A program made the translations under genes and the position numbers. From IMG/VR virus record IMGVR_UViG_3300028886_000045: DNA of 64,000 bases; one strand, given 5' to 3'. This stretch comes from a virus. Its lineage: Duplodnaviria; Caudoviricetes. Positions 18,279-28,840 of this stretch are shown in pieces. The notes under the pieces were generated by a model. The model was not told the DNA's origin, did not search any database, and saw only the letters and a list, made by a program, of their open reading frames with translations. The first letter of the stretch is position 1. Every line of letters begins with the position of its first letter.

Positions 18279-21200
18279 TTACAACTTCTCCATTTGCCTA
18301 CGCATTCTGTCCATTTCGTCAGCCATTCGCTTAATTGGCTCTACGACATCCCCCGTGTTCGTTTCAATGTTTTGCAGAACCAAGTAGGATTGTGCCAACA
18401 AGTTCCTTGTGTCCTCGGCAATAGACCTCTGCGTAACGATTTCAGATACCAAGCCTTGCAATGACGTGTTAAGTGATACGCTTTCAGAAAGTGACGCGCT
18501 ACTTTCAAAGCGGTTTCTTTCGCTTTCGGCTATCTTTGCAACCTCTTCCGCGTATCTGTCAAAGAACTCCGTCACCGTTTCGGTTTCGTTGTCCCTTTTA
18601 CGCGCTTCTGTGACTTCCGCGCTATGCTTTCCGACACTTACTTCTTCGTCTTTCTTTTCGGACTTCGTTGTGTTCGGTGTTGCATTCTGCCTTTCTGCGA
18701 TTTCTTGATTGTACGCTTTCAATACCACAGATAAGTCATTTACGCTTTCATACATCTTTTTGATGTAGTCGCTTATGGCATCAAGGGTGGGAACGACATT
18801 TGCGTTTTCTGTGTTATCCGTATCGTTATCCACTTCAACCTCAAATGTTGCACCCTTAGAAAGTGCCGTGTTAGCCTTTTCTGCCATCATTGACATAATT
18901 GTATCAACGCGCTCGGCTAATAGGGTAGAATTGCGTGCAATGACTTCGTTACTCGTCTGCAAAGCCGTAAACCTTCCATTCAGTTCATCGGCTGTGTCTT
19001 GTGACATACCCTCAAAACCCTTGGTCGTACCCTCTTGCTCAGAAACTTGCTTATATCCCGTCAAGTCTGCTATTTGGTCGCGCTTCTGCATAGCCTCTTG
19101 CACCATATCCTCATAGCGTTTTCTGAACTTTTCGACTTCTGCTTGTGACATTTTACCACCGCTATCCGTCAATTTCTTGGAATAGTCATCGTACCATTGT
19201 TGCAACTTATCCTTATACAAAGCACCTATTTCGTTAGATAGCAATGCCTTGGTAAACTTCTCCGTCAAATCGTCTGTGAAATCCGAAGCCGAAGCCTCCA
19301 TATCCATTAACGTATCAACGAAATTCCCATACATATCATCGAAAGACATTTGCGCTACTTGTTCACGCATAGCCTTATCGTTTTCCTTGATAGCCTCGTC
19401 ACATTCAATAATCTTTTCGAGGTATTCTTGGAAATCGCCATCCAACTTTGCCCAAAATAGGCTTTGGTCTTCTTTGATTTTCTGCAACTGCTCACCCGAC
19501 ATCATCGTCAAATCCCTAATATCGGAAATACCGATTTTGTTATAGTACTCCTTTAGGTCGCGATTCATACGATAACCATACGAGTGTGAGCCTATGCTTG
19601 CGCCCGCGCCCAACCTTTCTTGTGCCAAAGTTCTTGTAGCCTCAATCTCGTTGTTATAGATTCTTTCGATTTCCTTTCCAACTTCTTTGATTTCACTACC
19701 CCACGATTCACTTAGATACTCCTTTTTCTTGCTTATCAGTTCATCCCATATACTGATAAGTTCCTCATATTCGCCCTTTGCGTTTTCGTACCCCGAATCG
19801 TCTTTGCCCAAACCTATAAGGTCGGCTGCCGCCGTAGCCAACTGAATTGCTGCGCTTATGATTGCAAGAATGGCAGATGCCTTTTCAATCGTAGATATTG
19901 AGGTGTCTGTCACCGTAGATACGGCTGTCATGGCAGCACCAACAGAAGACACCATATTACCAATATCCTTAATATAACGCCCTGCGTCACCGCCAAATTC
20001 ATTCACTTGCTCACCCAAATCATTCATCGCAGAACCAAGGGAACTTAGGCTCTTTCCTACTTCTGCTCTTGATTTCTTGACCTTTGCATTCGCGGTTTTC
20101 TCCTTATTCAACGCATTCTTGTATCTGTTTTCTGACTTTGTTAGTTTGTCTTGTGCGTCAATAAGTTTATTGGTCGGTATGCCTTGCTTTGCGCGGTTCA
20201 AGTCCTCTTGCGCTTCTGTAACTGCAATTATCGCCTCCCTTTCGCGTGCCAAAGCGTCCTCAACCCTTTGTTGCGCTTCTGCTTGCTCCTCTGCCGTGCC
20301 ACTTTCCATAGCATTGGCATAGTCTTGCTCCGCTTGTTCCCTTACATTGGTGGCAATATCCTTTTCTTGCTCCCTACCTTTCAGTTCGCTTTCATAATAC
20401 GCCTTACTTTCCTCACCGCTAAGTCCGCTTAACCAATTTACTTGTTTCTGTGCGTCTGCAAATTCTTTGGCTGTGTCCTTTACTTCCACCTTTGCCTCTG
20501 CCATTTCCTTTACGCCCTCTTTCCAAGTCTTGAAAGGGTTACGGCTTGTAACCTCTTCGCTTATCTTATTCATAAGGTCTGCAATGGCTTGCAGTTGGTC
20601 GGGTGGTAGGTCTGTCAAAGCAGCCTTCGCGTTCTTTAGTTTAGAGTACAAGGTATCTAACCCTTCAGTAGTAACATACTGTGGGTCTTCCATAGCCGAC
20701 AAATAATTTGGGTCTTTCTTGATTTCTTCCAAACTATTGTTTGCTACAACTTCATCCTTTTCCTTTCTGTATCGCTTTTCTTCGCTGACCTTTTCCCACT
20801 CATTCGCGCCCTTGATACGCAAATCATTAACGCGCTTTATGTGTTCCAACTCAGTTGCTTGTAGTTGCTGTTGCTTATCGCCATATTGTTTCAGATATTC
20901 GATTTTCTTTGGTTCGAGATTATCTGACTTGTTATCAAGCGTTAAAGCAATCTTATCCTGTGCCTTTTCGGAAAGTTCATCACTTTTCTCAATGATACCT
21001 TTCTGCAAATTAGCATCCTTCAGTTGCACATCCAATTCAATCTTTTCGCTTGCAATCTGTTGCAACTCAGCCTTTAGGGTTTGCAATTCCTTGCTTAACC
21101 TTTCCTTTTCGCCTTTCTTGAAATCTGCCCCTTGCAGTTGGATTTCCACCTCTTGAATGCGCTTTTTCTTTTCCTTTTCCTTTTCATCGACTGCCTTTGA

Positions 21201-24200
21201 CCTATCCGTAATATCGGCAATCATCTCCTCATTCTTTTGGCGGTTGTTCCTATTCTGCTCCGCGATTTCGTCCAAAGCCTTTAGGTCTGCTTTCAGTTTC
21301 GCGATTTCTTGCGCACGCTTATCTTCGTCATCCTTGTAGGTTTCATAAACCTCCTTGAATGACTTAGCCTCTTCTGCAATCAGTTGTGCATTAAGTTGTG
21401 CGTTAAGCGCAATCTTCTTTTTCTTGTAGTTGAGGTAATCTTCGTAGTATTTGCCACCCTTTGCAAACTCGCCCGTTCCGCTTTCCAAAGCGTTCTTATC
21501 AAATTCTACTGCGCCCCTACCTTGAACCCCTGCGGACTTCACCTTGCCGTTTTTGTCCTTTTTCTCGTCCTTTGCCTTACGCTCCTTATGGTCGGGGTCT
21601 ATATTCCACAACTTCTCGATTTCGTCTTGCAATGCCTTGACTGCATCCTCATTCTTTGCCTTTAGGTCTGCAATCCTATCATTCACATTCTTGTTACGTT
21701 GCAAGCCGATTTTCTTCTCTGCCTCTTCGACTTCGTTCTCGGCTTTTAACATCGCGTCAATCTGACATTGTGCAATATCCTTTTCGATTTCCCTTAGTTT
21801 CTTCTTCCACCTTTCGGCTTGCGCTTCACGTTCCTTACGCATATCCCTTAACGCCTTTTCACGCGCCAACTTATCGTTTTCAGCCGTAGCCTTTGCGTCC
21901 TTTTCGGCATTCTTCTTTTCCTCTGTCGCGGTCTTTGCCTTTTCCTCTGCTTCTGACTTTCGCTTATCAACTTCTTGCTGTGCGTAATCAGCCGCCAACC
22001 CATATTGTTGTGCCTTTTGCAAGTGGTCTTTCCTTTGCGCGTCTGTCAAATTGCCGTTGTTCGCGCGTTCTGCATGGAATGAAGCATTTTTTCGTAGGGC
22101 ATTCACCGTACCTTGTGTTTCCTTTCCATTACCCACGTTAAACTTGGTTTTCATCCATTGTGGCAAATCTTCAACCTTGGTTGTAAGTTCAAGTTCAATC
22201 TTGTACTTCTTAGCGATATGTGCGAGTTCATCGTTAAGGTCTTTGACTGACATTTTGGAAAGACGCGCCCTTTCCGCAAATTGCTTTTGCGTTGAGGAAA
22301 GCCTTTCGGCTTCATAGTTAGCCTTTCTTTGCGCTTCTGCCGCACGCCAATTCGCCTCGCTAACGTCTTCCGTTACATCCTTAATCGTTGAAATAGTTCT
22401 AAAGTAATCCCTATATGCGGTTTGCATCGTTCTGATTTCGGATGCTGTGTACCCCATAGCCTTACCCAATCTTTCAACATCAGCATTAGCCTCGACTAAT
22501 TGGTGTGCTTGTTTCTTTAGTTGGGAAATTTCGTTTCCATTCTTAGCCTTGATGTCCTTTCTTTCACTTAGCGATTTGCCCGACAAATCGGGGTGTCTTA
22601 GTACCTCAATCCTATCCATGATTTTCTTGTAGTCTGCCAAAGACTTCTCATCAACCATGCCCGCGAGACTTGCACTAATAGCACCACCGCCTTGCAATTT
22701 TTCAAGGCTTTCCGCTAATTGGTTTTTCGCTTCTTCTACACTTTTATCCTCAACTTCGCCAATCTTTGTCTTGACATCAATTTCGCGCCTTATTTCCTTT
22801 TCTTGCTCCATTTTGGCAATAAGTTCATCACGCTTATTGTTAAGGGAGTCCAAAGTTTCCTTTTCGTTTTCCGCGCTTATGCCATACTCCTTCATCAATC
22901 GGTTAAGGTTATCGTATGCGTCCTTATACACCTTGGTATCGGGGGGCGCAGCATTCAAGGCGAAATAATCAGCCTTTACGGTTTGCTTTTCCTTGCTTGC
23001 ATTCTTTTCAAAATCGCTATTCACCTTTGCGATTTCCTTATTGTATTCCTTTGCAAGTTTCGTTGCCTCGTCCTCATAGGTGATAATCTTATAAAGTCCA
23101 TAGCCAACGGCGGCGATGGCTGCGGCAGCGAGCACATAAGGGTTAGCCAACATATCCAAACCTGTCATTGCCATAACAGCCTTGAATTTGCTCGCCTTTC
23201 CTATGTTCTTTCCCATTTCCACGCCAACTATACGCTCCGTTGTCAATCGTTGCTTTCCGTGCGCTTCTAACAATGCGTCCTCTGTCACTTGCTTTTCTTT
23301 CAAAAGGACTTGCTTTTGATTTTCAGCCGTGACAATCTTTTCTTGTATCAATATGGCTTTCGCCTCTGCCTTATCCAACCTTGCAATATTACGCTTTGAA
23401 GCATTCAAAGCAACTTGCTTTTCACATTCGGCTACTATTTGCGCTTGTGTGACTGCTTGTTTGCGTAATGTCAAAAGTTCTTCGTCTGCCTTTGCTATCT
23501 TCGCATCGCGCACCGCCAACTCTGCCATTTGGGACGCATCTGCCTTAGTAGCGTGCTTTCTGATTTCCAATACGGCTTGTTCCCTTTCGGCTTCTAACTG
23601 CGCCCTAATCAACATAAGTTGCTCCGCCGCCATCGTCTGTGCAGTAGCCTTCTGTGTATTCATTTCCACTTGAATACCTGCTTGTTTCTGCATTTCCAAT
23701 GTCATCCTTTCTGCAAGTGCCACCTCTTGCGCTTGCATACTATTATTGAATGCCACAGATACGCTATTATAGGCACTTTCACCCAAACGCAAAGCCTTAT
23801 ATGTGGCAATAACACCGATAAGTGCCTCCGCTCCGTGTATCACGCTTTCGATTTCTTCCCTTGACCAATCGCCCGCGCCCGCGACAAACTCCCTTAGTTT
23901 ACCAATGCCCTCGGTAACATTATCAATGAAATCCTTTGCAATTCCATCGCTTTCTTGGAACGTAAGTATAAAGCCTTCCCATGCAGATTGCAACATCTTT
24001 ATAGAACCCGCGAGGTTATTTGTCATATTTGCAGACATACCCCCCGTGGTGTCTTGGTTCATCTGTGCGCTTATCTTATCACGCAATTCAAGGATTTTTT
24101 GGCTTTCTTGTATAAGGGTAATGAACTGAGTACCACCGCGCGGCCCAATAAGTTTCATACCCTTACCCGTGTCCAAATTCTTCAACTTTTCCAAACCTGC

Positions 24201-25280
24201 CACAAATTCATCCAATGAATGCACGTTTTCCATGCCTTCAATCTTTCCTTGTGCCACCTTGGTAAAAATGTTCCTAAGTGATGTCATAGCCGTGGAAGCC
24301 TCCACACCCGAATCTTTCAACTTACCAAACAAAGCCAAGACATCCTCAATATTCAAGCCTATGGAATGAGCCATCGGTCCGAAAGTTGCGAGGTTATCGC
24401 GTATCATTCGGAAATCAAGTGCCGAAGACATAGTAGCCGAAGCCATAGCATTTGTGTACTTGATAGCCATTTCTTCATAGTCTTTTTCAGCCACGCCAAA
24501 CATTCTAAGCGCAGCACCCGTGGTTGATGCCGCCTCGTCCAACGATGCGCCCGTGGCTTGTGCAAAGTGCAACACAGGCTCTTCCATTGCGTGAATATCA
24601 GAAGCCGAAAAACCTAACTTTGACAAAGCAATCTGCAATTCGGTTACTTGTGAAGCCGTGAACACCGTTTTTCTACCTAACTCCTCGGCTGTGTCCTTAA
24701 ACCCTTGCATTTGTTCGTCTGTTGCGCCCAATATGGCTTTAAGTTGGGAATTTGCCGTTTGGAAAGACATAATTGTATTCTTTGCCTCGCCAATCAGTCC
24801 AACGGCTGAGTAAAGTCCACGCAAAGCAAGGTTGGCAGCGGTGTAGTTCGCTATGAAATTCTTCATACCGATAACAAAACGCCCCGTCGAATCAGCAGCA
24901 CCATCCATAGCCTTTGCAAACATATCCGCTTGACCGCGTGCGTTACGCATCCCTTGCGCCATCGTTATTCCCAAACTTGTTGCCCTTTGCACCGCATTCG
25001 AGTAACCATTCAAACCGCCCGTTGCTTGACGGAAATTTATGTTTAGTGTAGGTGCTTGTATCGCATTGCCTATACTTGCACCTGCTTGTGCTGCCGCTTG
25101 CACCAACGTATTCAGTTCCCCCTTTGCCTTTGCAAGTTGGTTTTGCCACATAGTGACATCAACTTGTGGGGTCAGAACCAAATTCACGTTTTTTAGTTTC
25201 TGCTCCAAACTATTGATTTCCTTGATAAGTGCCGTTAGTTTGGTGTAGTCCGTTTCTACTGTGAAATATAGATTTGCCAC
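18279..25280 (-). CDS. Tail tape measure protein (TP901-type core), 2333 aa
   Basis: GTG start; FTASQV...LSKLGF / LQSAWEG core; long alpha-helical Ala/Lys/Glu-rich sequence. Confidence 0.92.
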   Translation of the reverse strand: MANLYFTVETDYTKLTALIKEINSLEQKLKNVNLVLTPQVDVTMWQNQLAKAKGELNTLVQAAAQAGASIGNAIQAPTLNINFRQATGGLNGYSNAVQRATSLGITMAQGMRNARGQADMFAKAMDGAADSTGRFVIGMKNFIANYTAANLALRGLYSAVGLIGEAKNTIMSFQTANSQLKAILGATDEQMQGFKDTAEELGRKTVFTASQVTELQIALSKLGFSASDIHAMEEPVLHFAQATGASLDEAASTTGAALRMFGVAEKDYEEMAIKYTNAMASATMSSALDFRMIRDNLATFGPMAHSIGLNIEDVLALFGKLKDSGVEASTAMTSLRNIFTKVAQGKIEGMENVHSLDEFVAGLEKLKNLDTGKGMKLIGPRGGTQFITLIQESQKILELRDKISAQMNQDTTGGMSANMTNNLAGSIKMLQSAWEGFILTFQESDGIAKDFIDNVTEGIGKLREFVAGAGDWSREEIESVIHGAEALIGVIATYKALRLGESAYNSVSVAFNNSMQAQEVALAERMTLEMQKQAGIQVEMNTQKATAQTMAAEQLMLIRAQLEAEREQAVLEIRKHATKADASQMAELAVRDAKIAKADEELLTLRKQAVTQAQIVAECEKQVALNASKRNIARLDKAEAKAILIQEKIVTAENQKQVLLKEKQVTEDALLEAHGKQRLTTERIVGVEMGKNIGKASKFKAVMAMTGLDMLANPYVLAAAAIAAVGYGLYKIITYEDEATKLAKEYNKEIAKVNSDFEKNASKEKQTVKADYFALNAAPPDTKVYKDAYDNLNRLMKEYGISAENEKETLDSLNNKRDELIAKMEQEKEIRREIDVKTKIGEVEDKSVEEAKNQLAESLEKLQGGGAISASLAGMVDEKSLADYKKIMDRIEVLRHPDLSGKSLSERKDIKAKNGNEISQLKKQAHQLVEANADVERLGKAMGYTASEIRTMQTAYRDYFRTISTIKDVTEDVSEANWRAAEAQRKANYEAERLSSTQKQFAERARLSKMSVKDLNDELAHIAKKYKIELELTTKVEDLPQWMKTKFNVGNGKETQGTVNALRKNASFHAERANNGNLTDAQRKDHLQKAQQYGLAADYAQQEVDKRKSEAEEKAKTATEEKKNAEKDAKATAENDKLAREKALRDMRKEREAQAERWKKKLREIEKDIAQCQIDAMLKAENEVEEAEKKIGLQRNKNVNDRIADLKAKNEDAVKALQDEIEKLWNIDPDHKERKAKDEKKDKNGKVKSAGVQGRGAVEFDKNALESGTGEFAKGGKYYEDYLNYKKKKIALNAQLNAQLIAEEAKSFKEVYETYKDDEDKRAQEIAKLKADLKALDEIAEQNRNNRQKNEEMIADITDRSKAVDEKEKEKKKRIQEVEIQLQGADFKKGEKERLSKELQTLKAELQQIASEKIELDVQLKDANLQKGIIEKSDELSEKAQDKIALTLDNKSDNLEPKKIEYLKQYGDKQQQLQATELEHIKRVNDLRIKGANEWEKVSEEKRYRKEKDEVVANNSLEEIKKDPNYLSAMEDPQYVTTEGLDTLYSKLKNAKAALTDLPPDQLQAIADLMNKISEEVTSRNPFKTWKEGVKEMAEAKVEVKDTAKEFADAQKQVNWLSGLSGEESKAYYESELKGREQEKDIATNVREQAEQDYANAMESGTAEEQAEAQQRVEDALAREREAIIAVTEAQEDLNRAKQGIPTNKLIDAQDKLTKSENRYKNALNKEKTANAKVKKSRAEVGKSLSSLGSAMNDLGEQVNEFGGDAGRYIKDIGNMVSSVGAAMTAVSTVTDTSISTIEKASAILAIISAAIQLATAAADLIGLGKDDSGYENAKGEYEELISIWDELISKKKEYLSESWGSEIKEVGKEIERIYNNEIEATRTLAQERLGAGASIGSHSYGYRMNRDLKEYYNKIGISDIRDLTMMSGEQLQKIKEDQSLFWAKLDGDFQEYLEKIIECDEAIKENDKAMREQVAQMSFDDMYGNFVDTLMDMEASASDFTDDLTEKFTKALLSNEIGALYKDKLQQWYDDYSKKLTDSGGKMSQAEVEKFRKRYEDMVQEAMQKRDQIADLTGYKQVSEQEGTTKGFEGMSQDTADELNGRFTALQTSNEVIARNSTLLAERVDTIMSMMAEKANTALSKGATFEVEVDNDTDNTENANVVPTLDAISDYIKKMYESVNDLSVVLKAYNQEIAERQNATPNTTKSEKKDEEVSVGKHSAEVTEARKRDNETETVTEFFDRYAEEVAKIAESERNRFESSASLSESVSLNTSLQGLVSEIVTQRSIAEDTRNLLAQSYLVLQNIETNTGDVVEPIKRMADEMDRMRRQMEKL

Positions 25281-25315
25281 GTTTCTTGAATTTTAATGAA
25301 ATACAAATTTTGACA

Positions 25316-25385
25316 CAAAGATAATCTTTATATTTGGTACAACACACACTTGCAATTTGTTATTCTTCACTTATTCGCTAATGAA
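25316..25385 (-). promoter_or_regulatory. Class II promoter for tape measure operon
   Basis: caaagata at 25316-25323; TTCA at 25366, N12, TGAA at 25382-25385. Confidence 0.7.
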
Positions 25386-25530
25386 AACTAACACGCTTTG
25401 TTTGTTCGCTATATTCCTAAAATGTGACACTTTCAGAAAAATAATACCAACTTTTACACACGTTTTAATAACTTTCGTATCATTTTCGTTTGTATAAATT
25501 CAAAAAATAACCTAATTTCTACCTTTTGGC

Positions 25531-25561
25531 TTTGTTGTTTGTGTTTTTTTCCGTAACTTTG
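25531..25561 (+). promoter_or_regulatory. Bacteroidetes sigma-A type promoter driving a small RNA
   Basis: TTTG at 25531-25534, 19-nt spacer, TAACTTTG at 25554-25561. Confidence 0.7.
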
Positions 25562-25565
25562 CAGA

Positions 25566-25655
25566 ATCTTAATTACTCCTCCACTACCCTTTGGTGTGGG
25601 GGAACTTAAAAGGTTTGGAGACGCACCGTCCGTGAGGGATAGTGCGTTTCTTTTG
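25566..25655 (+). ncRNA. Putative ~90-nt trans-acting antisense small RNA
   Basis: Promoter, hairpin 25577-25603, linker ACUUAAAAGGUUUG, terminator hairpin 25621-25647 with a U-rich tail; no AUG. The 5' end is approximate. Confidence 0.65.
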
Positions 25656-25721
25656 TCTATACACAGAAAATGCGCCACCCCCTAAAGGATGACGCACCAA
25701 CTATATAAAACAACCAATTAA

Positions 25722-25916
25722 CTAAAGTTCGCCATAACAAGAAAACTCTTCTTTGTGGTACATACTACGGCTATAACTATGAAAGGTTTCACGAGCCTTT
25801 TCCGACTTCGCCTCGTTCTCCCATTGTGCCACAATATCCCATTGGCGATTATCCATTTTTGGCACAATATTCAAACGCTCTTCGTCTGTCTTGTACTTAC
25901 TTGCATCTATCATCAT
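25722..25916 (-). CDS. Hypothetical protein
   Basis: 64-aa ORF followed by a hairpin at 25670-25696. Confidence 0.65.
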   Translation of the reverse strand: MMIDASKYKTDEERLNIVPKMDNRQWDIVAQWENEAKSEKARETFHSYSRSMYHKEEFSCYGEL

Positions 25917-25936
25917 ATTGCTTTGGTCTTAAAAGG

Positions 25937-26437
25937 TTAATCAATAAAGAAACCGATTACGGTGGTGATACCATCCTTATCTGTTGATTTTGACGAATAA
26001 AGTTCGTCATAATCACAGAAAGCACCATCAGCCTCCGAAATGACAAAATGGCAATCGTCTTCCAACTTTTCGATTTCTTCAAGTGTTTCTTGCAAATCCT
26101 TGATTTTGCTTATGGTTTCTTCCATTTCGCAACTATTGGTAACTGCCTTCAAGTTGTCACACATAGGCATTAGGCATTCTTTCAAGAATTTGCCGTTATC
26201 ACCTTTGTACCAACCCCTACGACCCTCAGCCATATTCTCGTCCTTACGAAAATACTTATCCACATCACAAAGGTATGTACCCACGTTGTCATCTACCAAC
26301 AGAAAGCAACACGGCTTAAAACCGCTATTCTTCAAGTCTTCAAGACTATCACATAAAGCCTCCAAACCTATAATGGCTTTGCGGTTATCAACCTTGATTT
26401 GTGGGTAGCCTCTGAAATCATCAATGTCGTACTTCAT
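25937..26437 (-). CDS. Hypothetical protein
   Basis: 166-aa acidic ORF. Confidence 0.7.
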   Translation of the reverse strand: MKYDIDDFRGYPQIKVDNRKAIIGLEALCDSLEDLKNSGFKPCCFLLVDDNVGTYLCDVDKYFRKDENMAEGRRGWYKGDNGKFLKECLMPMCDNLKAVTNSCEMEETISKIKDLQETLEEIEKLEDDCHFVISEADGAFCDYDELYSSKSTDKDGITTVIGFFID

Positions 26438-26631
26438 ACTTCTAATACTTAAAAGGTTTAACTTATTATACTTGTTACTTCTTATTATCGAAATTCGTTG
26501 TTACAACCACATTCGGCAATAGTCTTTGCATATCATCCGCATACATTCTTGCCTCACGCTTTGTACGAAATCCCCTATGGAGGTTTCCGTTAAAGAATAC
26601 TACATATCCTTTTTTCATATTTGCGCCCTCC

Positions 26632-26841
26632 TTACTTATTTGCCCTAACGCAATTATTATACATTATCTGCAAGGCTTGTTTGCGTGTGTAACCGCAACT
26701 TGACCCCTTCAACGTGTCCCATAGTTGGCTATCATGCTCGGTATATGATATATATCTGTTACGATATTCTACGACCACATGGTAACTACCATAACCCTTC
26801 CAACTTACTGAAACCTTGTTTTCTAATTGTGCTAAAGTCAT
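26632..26841 (-). CDS. Hypothetical protein
   Basis: 69-aa ORF behind pseudoknot copy 3. Confidence 0.7.
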   Translation of the reverse strand: MTLAQLENKVSVSWKGYGSYHVVVEYRNRYISYTEHDSQLWDTLKGSSCGYTRKQALQIMYNNCVRANK

Positions 26842-26850
26842 ATCCTTTGT

Positions 26851-26876
26851 GGCTTTGTTATTCTCTTAGCCGTGAG
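26851..26876 (-). ncRNA. 5'-leader pseudoknot, copy 3
   Basis: CUC AC GGCU AA GAG AAUAACAA AGCC; AUG at 26841; -7 box at 26912-26919. Confidence 0.8.
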
Positions 26877-26984
26877 TTCTAATTGATTAACTTTGTTTCT
26901 TAATTACGATGCAAAGGTACAAAAAATATTTGTAATATGCAAATTTTTTGCCAACTTTTTTTCAAACTTTTTTCAAAAAAAATT

Positions 26985-27012
26985 GGTACGCTATCCTCAC
27001 GGACAACGTACC
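26985..27012 (-). terminator. GUGA-loop terminator family hairpin
   Basis: ggtacg-ctatcctcacggacaa-cgtacc, followed on the minus strand by a U tract. Confidence 0.65.
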
Positions 27013-27274
27013 CAAACTCATAAGATGAATAATATCACACTATATCAGTAATTTCTTATATTCCTTACCTTTTTGGTAAAAAGGACGCATCCATGTTTCA
27101 GAATGCGCCCCTAACAAGTATAATGAAGAGAACACCTATAACGAAACCTTAACGAAAACATCATTTCCGATATTTTCAATAGCATCAATCCTTGCTATTC
27201 GCTTGGATTCGCCAACTGTTACATATAGCCGACCGCCTTTTATCGGTTTAAGAAACTCCTTCAGTTCGCTAACC

Positions 27275-27583
27275 TTATAGTACGGATTCATTGCTTTTCT
27301 GCTTTTTGTTGTTGAACAACGCTTTTGGGTAAGTCCAACCGATTATCTCGTTTTGCTTTGCATAAGCCTCGTATGCGCTTGTTGGTATGGTCTTTATGCG
27401 TGGCTCATACTTTGTCTTTATCGCAATTACGATTGTCTTTGTCTTTGCGGTTTGTGGCTCGGTCTTCTGCCATACGCAACTTCTCGCTGTCTTTGTGGCA
27501 TAGACAAAAGCATCTTCCATTTCTTCGATTGTGTAACTTTCCTTTTTCTTATCCTTGATATATTCGTAAAATCTTTTGTTCAT
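27275..27583 (-). CDS. Hypothetical protein
   Basis: 102-aa ORF. Confidence 0.65.
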   Translation of the reverse strand: MNKRFYEYIKDKKKESYTIEEMEDAFVYATKTARSCVWQKTEPQTAKTKTIVIAIKTKYEPRIKTIPTSAYEAYAKQNEIIGWTYPKALFNNKKQKSNESVL

Positions 27584-27960
27584 TTTCCTTTTCCTTTCTT
27601 AATTTCTTTATGAATGTTATTCAACTTATCCGCAATTTCTTCAAGCGCATTGCGTATTTCCTTTAGAACAAATACCATACTTATAATGGCACTACACAAA
27701 ATTACCTCAAACATTGCGGTGTCTTTTTTTCTATTTTCTTTGGTGTGGTGGGCAGTTTGGATGCCTACTACCGTACCGCCCACCGTGACCAAATACCTAA
27801 AAGTGATAATATGAAATTTCCTACTTGAAAATTGCCAAAGAAAACCACATTATGCCTATCATTACAATAGAATAGCAAACTGCGATAACGTCTTCTTTAT
27901 CGGCATTCTTTATGTCGTTTATTATATCCTTCATAACTTTACGCTTTTATCGGTTAGTAA

Positions 27961-28173
27961 TTACTGAAATGCTACCATTTCGTTAGCCAATCCAATCCAT
28001 TTCTCCGCTTTCTTTCCGAAAACTGACAACTGATTAGCGATGTCCTTTAAGTCGTTCTTCTGAACCTTGCTTAATGGCTTGCTAACCATATTGCTTAGAT
28101 GAAAGTAATAGTCGATTGCATCAACTAAACCATTAAAGCGTGACTCTGCGATTTGCTTTAAGTTCTGTTTCAT
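27961..28173 (-). CDS. Hypothetical protein
   Basis: 70-aa ORF behind pseudoknot copy 4. Confidence 0.7.
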   Translation of the reverse strand: MKQNLKQIAESRFNGLVDAIDYYFHLSNMVSKPLSKVQKNDLKDIANQLSVFGKKAEKWIGLANEMVAFQ

Positions 28174-28183
28174 TCTTGTTAAT

Positions 28184-28209
28184 GGTCTTTTTATTCTCTT
28201 AACCTTGAG
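28184..28209 (-). ncRNA. 5'-leader pseudoknot, copy 4
   Basis: CUC AA GGUU AA GAG AAUAAAAA GACC (one U-G pair); AUG at 28173; -7 box at 28241-28248. Confidence 0.75.
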
Positions 28210-28380
28210 TTCTAAATTGTTTTGTTTCTTAATTACAATGCAAAGGTAATAATATTTTTTGAACTATGCAAATATTTTACTAACTTTTTTCGTAAAAATA
28301 CCAACTTTTTAACATTTTGCCATGTGGACTTTACAAAATTGCATGGTATAATAAATATTATACATTATTATATATAAATA

Positions 28381-28412
28381 TTTGCCTATTCAGATTATTT
28401 ATTGTAACTTTG
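28381..28412 (+). promoter_or_regulatory. Promoter of HTH gene
   Basis: TTTG at 28381-28384, 20-nt spacer, TAACTTTG at 28405-28412. Confidence 0.7.
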
Positions 28413-28431
28413 CACATAAAAAGAAAACGCT

Positions 28432-28839
28432 ATGTATTGGAATGACATTTTAAGGAAATACAACCTTACGAAAAAGGAGGTTGCTGAAAGATTGGGGCAA
28501 AAACGTAGTAATATCTGTGCGCTTACATCCCCAAAGCATAACATTAAGTTGCAATCCGCTATGAATTTCTGCCGTGCCATTGGGTGCTCAATCAAGGAGG
28601 TGTTGTTTGGTGAGGATTATCTTACGTTCCATATCTTCGTCAATAACGACTACTACTTTGCGACATCCTACAATGACTTGGTAGAACTATTAGACTATTT
28701 GCCTATTTCCAATTTCACACGCTTGCACCTATGCTATGAGGAAAAGCATTACTATGACACGAAACTTGCAATATTGGAAATCGCAAAGAACTTGGATGAG
28801 GCTAACAAATCCTTTGATTTCGACATCAAAGACGATTAA
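28432..28839 (+). CDS. XRE/Cro-CI family helix-turn-helix regulator
   Basis: LTKKEVAERLGQKRSNI..FCRAIGCSIKEVL; the only convincing plus-strand CDS; has its own promoter and terminator. Confidence 0.8.
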   Translation: MYWNDILRKYNLTKKEVAERLGQKRSNICALTSPKHNIKLQSAMNFCRAIGCSIKEVLFGEDYLTFHIFVNNDYYFATSYNDLVELLDYLPISNFTRLHLCYEEKHYYDTKLAILEIAKNLDEANKSFDFDIKDD

Positions 28840-28840
28840 A

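Noticed and set aside
25454-25678. 74-aa minus-strand ORF over the small RNA
   Set aside because: It begins inside a terminator hairpin, has no leader or promoter, and crosses a plus-strand promoter.
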